DNA from: Cirrosporium novae-zelandiae
Lineage: Eukaryota
NCBI GenBank assembly: GCA_026023565.1
Contig: JAPETS010000042.1
Span: 124,001 to 188,000 of the forward strand
Direction: 5' to 3'
DNA: 64,000 nt
Each line of letters begins with the position of its first letter. The stretch's first letter is position 1. Both the position numbers and the translations under genes were made by a program. This document shows positions 58,585 to 64,000 of this stretch, piece after piece. Below the pieces are notes generated by a model. That model saw only the letters and a program-made list of their open reading frames with translations, made no database searches and was not told the origin of the DNA.

Positions 58585-60657
58585 CTATCTGTCCTCAGAG
58601 CGATGCAGGCCACGGCCATTAGCGAACAAAGCCGCGATGGTGGCAATTGTGCCCAGGGTTGCGGAAGCCGCAAAGGCTAGCTTGATTCCGTCATAGTAGA
58701 CGAGACGGGCCGGTAGCTGGATTTCAGGGGGGAGGTCGTGGAGTGCGGAGACGGAGTGGCGGATTGAGTCGATTATCTAGATGGGAGGGACGAGATGGGT
58801 GGTCAGTTTGTGTGTGCTTGTGTGTGTGTGTGCGAAACTTAGAGGGAGGGGTTAAAAAGTATGGAGTAGAGTGTATATTTAATGTGTGTGTTAGAGGAGG
58901 AGCGTGGTGGGTAGTGCATATGGGGATGGGGATGGGGATGGGGGTTTACTTTCCATTTGTCTGGTACTCCACCCAATGCGGCTGGTAGCCGACTTTTCAA
59001 TGTGTTTTGAACTATTGCGGATGTGACTGCGACACCGTAGACCGTTCCGAGGGAGCGAATTAGGTAGACGGTTGATGCGGATACGGCGTGGTCTGGTGAG
59101 AGTTAGTGTTGTAACAGAGCCATCGAGCGCTAGGAATTGGAATTGGGCATGCCCACCCACCTGCATGGTCAAATGCAGCTAGAAAGGTGAAGAGAATTCC
59201 GGGATAGACGATCCCTTGGCCGAGATTTGCGGGGATGATGTAGACAAAATATTTCCAGGTCGAGTCGTAGAATTGTAGAAGCACGACTAGGAGGTTTCCT
59301 ATGACCATCAAGAAGGCGCCAGCTCGGACAAGCTGAGCGAGGTAACCCCAGCGGGACATGACGGCGCCAGCGATTAGTCCGCCAATAGGTGTTGCGAGTG
59401 ATGGTATCACCAATCGAATTCCCGCTTTGGATGCTGTGTCTAATAGAACAACTTGGAAGAATAGAGGTAACATGAAGAGGAACTGATGTAGTTGTTAGTA
59501 AGGAATGATTGGCTTGTGGGAAGATGGGATAGACCTACAGCATATGCAGCCGCACCGACACAAACATTAGCGATTTGGGTCGAAATCGCAAGCCTACCCC
59601 GTAGCATGCGTAAAGGAGTCACTGGAGCGGCTGATGTTTTCGCCTCCACAGCAATAAATAGTACAAGGAGGATTACACTCATCACGAGGGAGGATAAGAC
59701 CCAGATGTTATCCCATGGCAAGTCATTCCCGCCCAAACTGAGTCCCACCAGCTGGAAAGACAACCCCAAAACAAGTAGAAGTGCGCCCGAGAGATCAATC
59801 TTTTCCCACAAATCTCGAAATGTAGTTTGGGTAGAAAGACCACGTTCTATTTTGGCTTGATTCTTAACAACCAGATACCCCAAAGCCAAAGCCAGTACGG
59901 ATATAGGAACTTGAAAAAGAAAACACCATCTCCAGCCGACGCTATCGGCGATCGAGCCACCGAGGGAAGCGCCACAAATAGAGCCGAAACCATGCAAGAC
60001 ATTCTGCGCTGCTTGGTACATACCACGTTGTCTAAATGGTATCATATCGGAATTGATGATTGTGGCTATAAATATGTCTAAGCCAAAATCTCGTCCTTAG
60101 AAACATCTAGAGTTAACTTACCCATTGTCATCAAGCCACCTCCACCAAGTCCAGTCAAGGCTCGCATTAGATTCAAAGTGATAATGTCGCGTGCAAGAAC
60201 GCAGCCCAAACACCCAGCCATGAAAGTAATTGTGGAAGTGAAAAAACAGCCCCGTCTTCCAAAGATGTCAGAAAATCGACCGTACAGCGGTTGAAATGCA
60301 GTGCTTGTAATCAAGTAAGAAGTGGTCAACCACGACGCGGTATTGGCAGTTCTAAACTCTGAACTAATAAGAGCGTATGTGGAAGCGGTAATGGTACCAT
60401 CGAAACCCGAGAGAAAGACATTTGCAAAGATGGCTGAATCGGCCGTTAGAAATTTAAAATTAATATGTGGAAAGCTATAGTATGCTCGTACCAATTTCAA
60501 TCCAAAGAAATCCTTTTGGGGGAGTCCAATCCTCTTTAGGTTGTAGCAAAGGTCGATACTCATCTTCATCGGGATATGGTTGTGGGGATAATGCTCCTGG
60601 TTCTATATCAGAAACTGCAGAATCATCCTGATCAGAGTGAAATATTTTGTAAGACAT
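58585..60657 (-). CDS. MFS 14-TM drug/basic amino acid transporter (DHA2/Vba-like)
   Basis: FLSGFDGTITAS, SWLTTSYLI..FQPLYGRFSDIFGRR, GLGGGG, RQRGMYQA, GWRWCFLFQVP and YLIRSLGTVYG, with several introns. Confidence 0.92.
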
Positions 60658-61044
60658 AATAGATATTGCTACAAATTTTCTTGAATCTTTTGTTATGGGG
60701 ACATGTGTAAGTAGAAAGGTAGGAATAATTTTGAAATGTGGGTTGAATAGTCGATATTTTTAGATCCAACTTCTCGTGATTGCGTGATTGATAACATCCC
60801 TAGATGAGATAGTTGTGTATCCATAACTCCACAAACGATCCATTCGAAACTATGATTGTTTTCTCAATACAGTTCTACCCCTCAAAGGCTTAGTGGATAA
60901 CCGTATCATGCTATTTTGCTTACACCATCATACTATGGTACTGTACAGTACAAATACTTCAACTAGTGCTAACCAATAATTGAATTGAGGGACGAGCTTT
61001 ATACTAAAAGCACTATGCTATAAGTTGTTCTGCTTATATACTTA

Positions 61045-62209
61045 TTATAGCCAAGGTCCATTCATCCTTACAAACTCCTCCCATGTCACTGGTTTTTCGC
61101 TCAGTTGCTATATTTTATCAGTATAATAGTCCCCTTGTTTACTAGATTTGCCATTCAAGCAACTTACTTTGATTGTCCACTCTAACTTCTCCCGTCCATT
61201 CTCTCCAAATGCATCATAATCCCTAAAGAATGGAGCAAAATCCCGAATCTCGACCGGCATTCCCGGAAGTACCTTTTCCCAATATTCTTCCTCTTCTGCC
61301 TCCTTATACACAACCCTCTTTCCCGTAACGGCAGAAAGGGTGTCCGTGAGAAATTTCAAGGGGTAGTATGCGGTTGAAGCGAAGATGGTCTTGCCGGTGA
61401 AAGCGGCTGGGTTGGCCAAGATGATGGCAATGAACTTGCCAATATCGGTTTTAGCAGAGAGGAGTGGAATACTTGTTTCAGGGGGGATAGGAAGAGTGAT
61501 GGCGAATGTGTTTTTATCGTCGTTTGTCTAATGCCATAGGTATGATTAGATTCCAAAGCTAAGGCCTGCTCGTAACATGAATTAATGGCTGCTCACTGGC
61601 TTCGGTGGAAAATATGTCTTGAAAGCCTCCATGTACGTGGAGGTGACAAGGAAGGAGCTTTGGATTGGAAGCGTTCGGATGTACGTTTCTACTTCAGCTT
61701 TAGAATCGTAATGGACTGCGTTTTTCAAGGCACCGTTGCTGATGGCCTTAACATTTGGGAGGGTCGACCAAATCAGAAAGGCTCCTGTAGTAGCCGCAGC
61801 ATCGGCTATGGCCTTTCCTTGAGCGGTTTCCTTTACGGCTGAGATGGTATCCCAGACTAGACAATAAATCAACTTCCGTGCTGGAGCGGCATTAAGGGGA
61901 ATGAAAACAAACAGTTAGTCATAGCGAAGACAAAATCAGATCCAGCGACAGCACGTGTAAGGGATTCGAAGTCATCCATATCGGCCTAATGGCTCAGTTA
62001 TTGATATTGATTGGCTAACGGGAAAGGCTACGTACTTTGACAATCTCGATGCCCTTCTCCTGTAGGGAAATGGCAGAGGTCTTGCTGGGGTCTCGAGTGA
62101 TGCCGCGGATTCTGTACGTCTTTGAGAGTTCGGGAGACCTCTGCACAAAATCAATAACGGAGCCTCCTTGGACGCCAGTGGCACCGAAAACTGTGAGTAG
62201 TTTGCTCAT
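61045..62209 (-). CDS. NmrA-like / HSCARG-type NAD(P)-binding protein
   Basis: LTVFGATGVQGGSV, GITRDPSK, QGKAIADAA, LIWSTLP, HYDSKAEVE and DIG, with four introns. Confidence 0.9.
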
Positions 62210-63087
62210 TGTCGTAATAATATTTTCAAGGAATAACTCGTTTGTCTGGAGCTAGAGGGAGTTGTGTAATGATATCTGCTTCTGTCTGCACGAACTTATG
62301 GCCAGACAAGTAAACGGGTCGTCCTTGCATGTTATATAGACCTCATTATCCTGATAATCAAGGCAAAAAACCATTGAAGATGCCATAGCTGACAAATTAA
62401 AGCAATATTTAGGATTTTATGAGAGGTTGAGAGGATTCAATGGAAGCAGTGTACCCCTGTTGATTACTGCTAAACACGGAGTTCCGAGCTCAGAGACGAT
62501 TTTCACTTTTTTTTTATCTTTGTGTTAATAATCCAGTCAATACAGAATTAGAACCAAAGCCGTGATATCATGAAAGCTCCAATACCTTTTGACTTTTCGT
62601 TGTGCTTGGTCACCCATTAATTAAATAATTAAAGGGTGGGATAATAATCTTCGCTAGGGTTATCAATATTAACATTATAGCCGTACATGCAATACAGTAT
62701 CGGCGTACGTAAAAAACAAGAGGCGTATTTCCCCAGACTACTGTGTAACTTTTCTCCACCATGCAACATCCCGACCAATGGCAAGCTTACCACCAATATA
62801 TTTTATATGCATCAATATTGGGTGATCTTGAGGTTTTCGCACATCATAGCCATGAGTCAATTTCTCTACATAGTCCAATGTATATAATACTAAATAACTC
62901 CCTATTGTCTTCTTGCTCGAAACGCAACTAATCATAACTTTACCACTTAAATATCAGTTTGACAGGCTACCATTGGAACAGTTTCTAGGTTTATAGACTT
63001 CAACCAAGGTTAATGTACCCTTTCATCCAACACCATGGATTCTCTCCTTGCTGATCCCCTTGCTAGCAGCCTCAGGATCCAACCGCC

Positions 63088-64000
63088 ATGAAGCCCAGCA
63101 CTATCTCGAGTTTAGTCGCTCTCGTAAATCTGGTCAGTGCCGACTGGCAATTCAAATCTCGCAGTGATCTCGCCCCTCCCCGTCTTAATATTATTATTCC
63201 CACTACTCAAGATGTGGAAAAAGGCTACCTCTTCCTGGCACCTTTTGCAGGATATCAAGGACAATGGCACGGTCCCCGCCAGCCAGGTCCTTATATATTC
63301 CGTGATGATGGGGAATTGGTTTGGTCAGGGTACTCATACTATTCAGTCTGGGCGACCAACTTCCAGGCTGCGAGGTGGAGGGGTGATAACGTGCTGTTTT
63401 CGTTTGAGGGAGATCATAATGCCGCCTATGGACATGGACATGGGCATACTACGATCTTGGATCAGCATTATGAGACTGTAAGGGAGTTGAGGGCAGGAAA
63501 TCATAAAATCACCGATAAGCATGAGTTTCATGTAATCAATGAGAAGACGGCCTTGATTCAGATTTATCAGCCAGTTCCAAGGGATCTTACGACTTGGGGT
63601 GCTAGTCCAGAGCAGCAGTGGATTGTTGATGCTATTATTCAAGGTCAGCTTTCCAGGTGGAAATTCCATAATTTTTCCTTTTCTACTGACACGCGTGCAG
63701 AACTAGATATTGAGACTGGCGAGTTAATATTTGAATGGGCTAGCCTGGATCATGTACTTCCTGATGGTAAGATATTTAATACCCAGTTACTAAAGGTCCA
63801 TGGGCTCTTCAAATTTAGCTAATAAAACACAGAAACAATTCTCCCAATCAACCCCGACCAAGCAGGATCAGGCTACAACTCATCAGACGCCTGGGACTAC
63901 TTCCACATTAACTCTGTTGACAAAGACAGTGAAGGCAACTATTTAATCTCTGCCCGGGACGCATGTGCAGTGCATAAAATCAACGGCACCACCGGGGGAA
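63088..64000 (+). CDS. Secreted arylsulfotransferase (ASST family), 3'-truncated by the window edge
   Basis: Signal peptide, FKSRSDLAPP, GPYIFRDDGELVW, DKHEF, FEWASLDHV, WDYFHINSVDK and YLISAR. Introns 63644-63700 and ~63767-63832. Confidence 0.9.

Overview
Gene-dense eukaryotic DNA from a filamentous ascomycete (Pezizomycotina-type short GT-AG introns with CTRAY branch points). About 20 protein-coding genes can be modelled by eye. Most are conserved housekeeping genes: GPI17/PIG-S, a peroxisomal FAT1-like acyl-CoA synthetase, JIP5, glucose-6-phosphate 1-epimerase, DPH2, maleylacetate reductase, a PPC89/Cep57-like SPB protein, TFB3, BUD27, RIF1, RIC8, a BRCT protein, an MFS transporter, two NmrA-like proteins and a partial arylsulfotransferase. 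Less familiar genes are a six-exon, ~1,120-aa protein with three zinc fingers visible only after splicing, and two F-box-like proteins. The most notable non-genic signals are a 265-bp TGT...ACA foldback element (17705-17969), probable decayed relics of F-box-type genes (1-800, 40690-40803), a recurring strand-symmetric C-rich to G-rich composition switch that also shapes protein sequence, and a long AUG-depleted leader. No rRNA, tRNA, CRISPR array or intact transposase was seen. No clearly new multi-gene system is demonstrated. All calls are by eye, without database searches.
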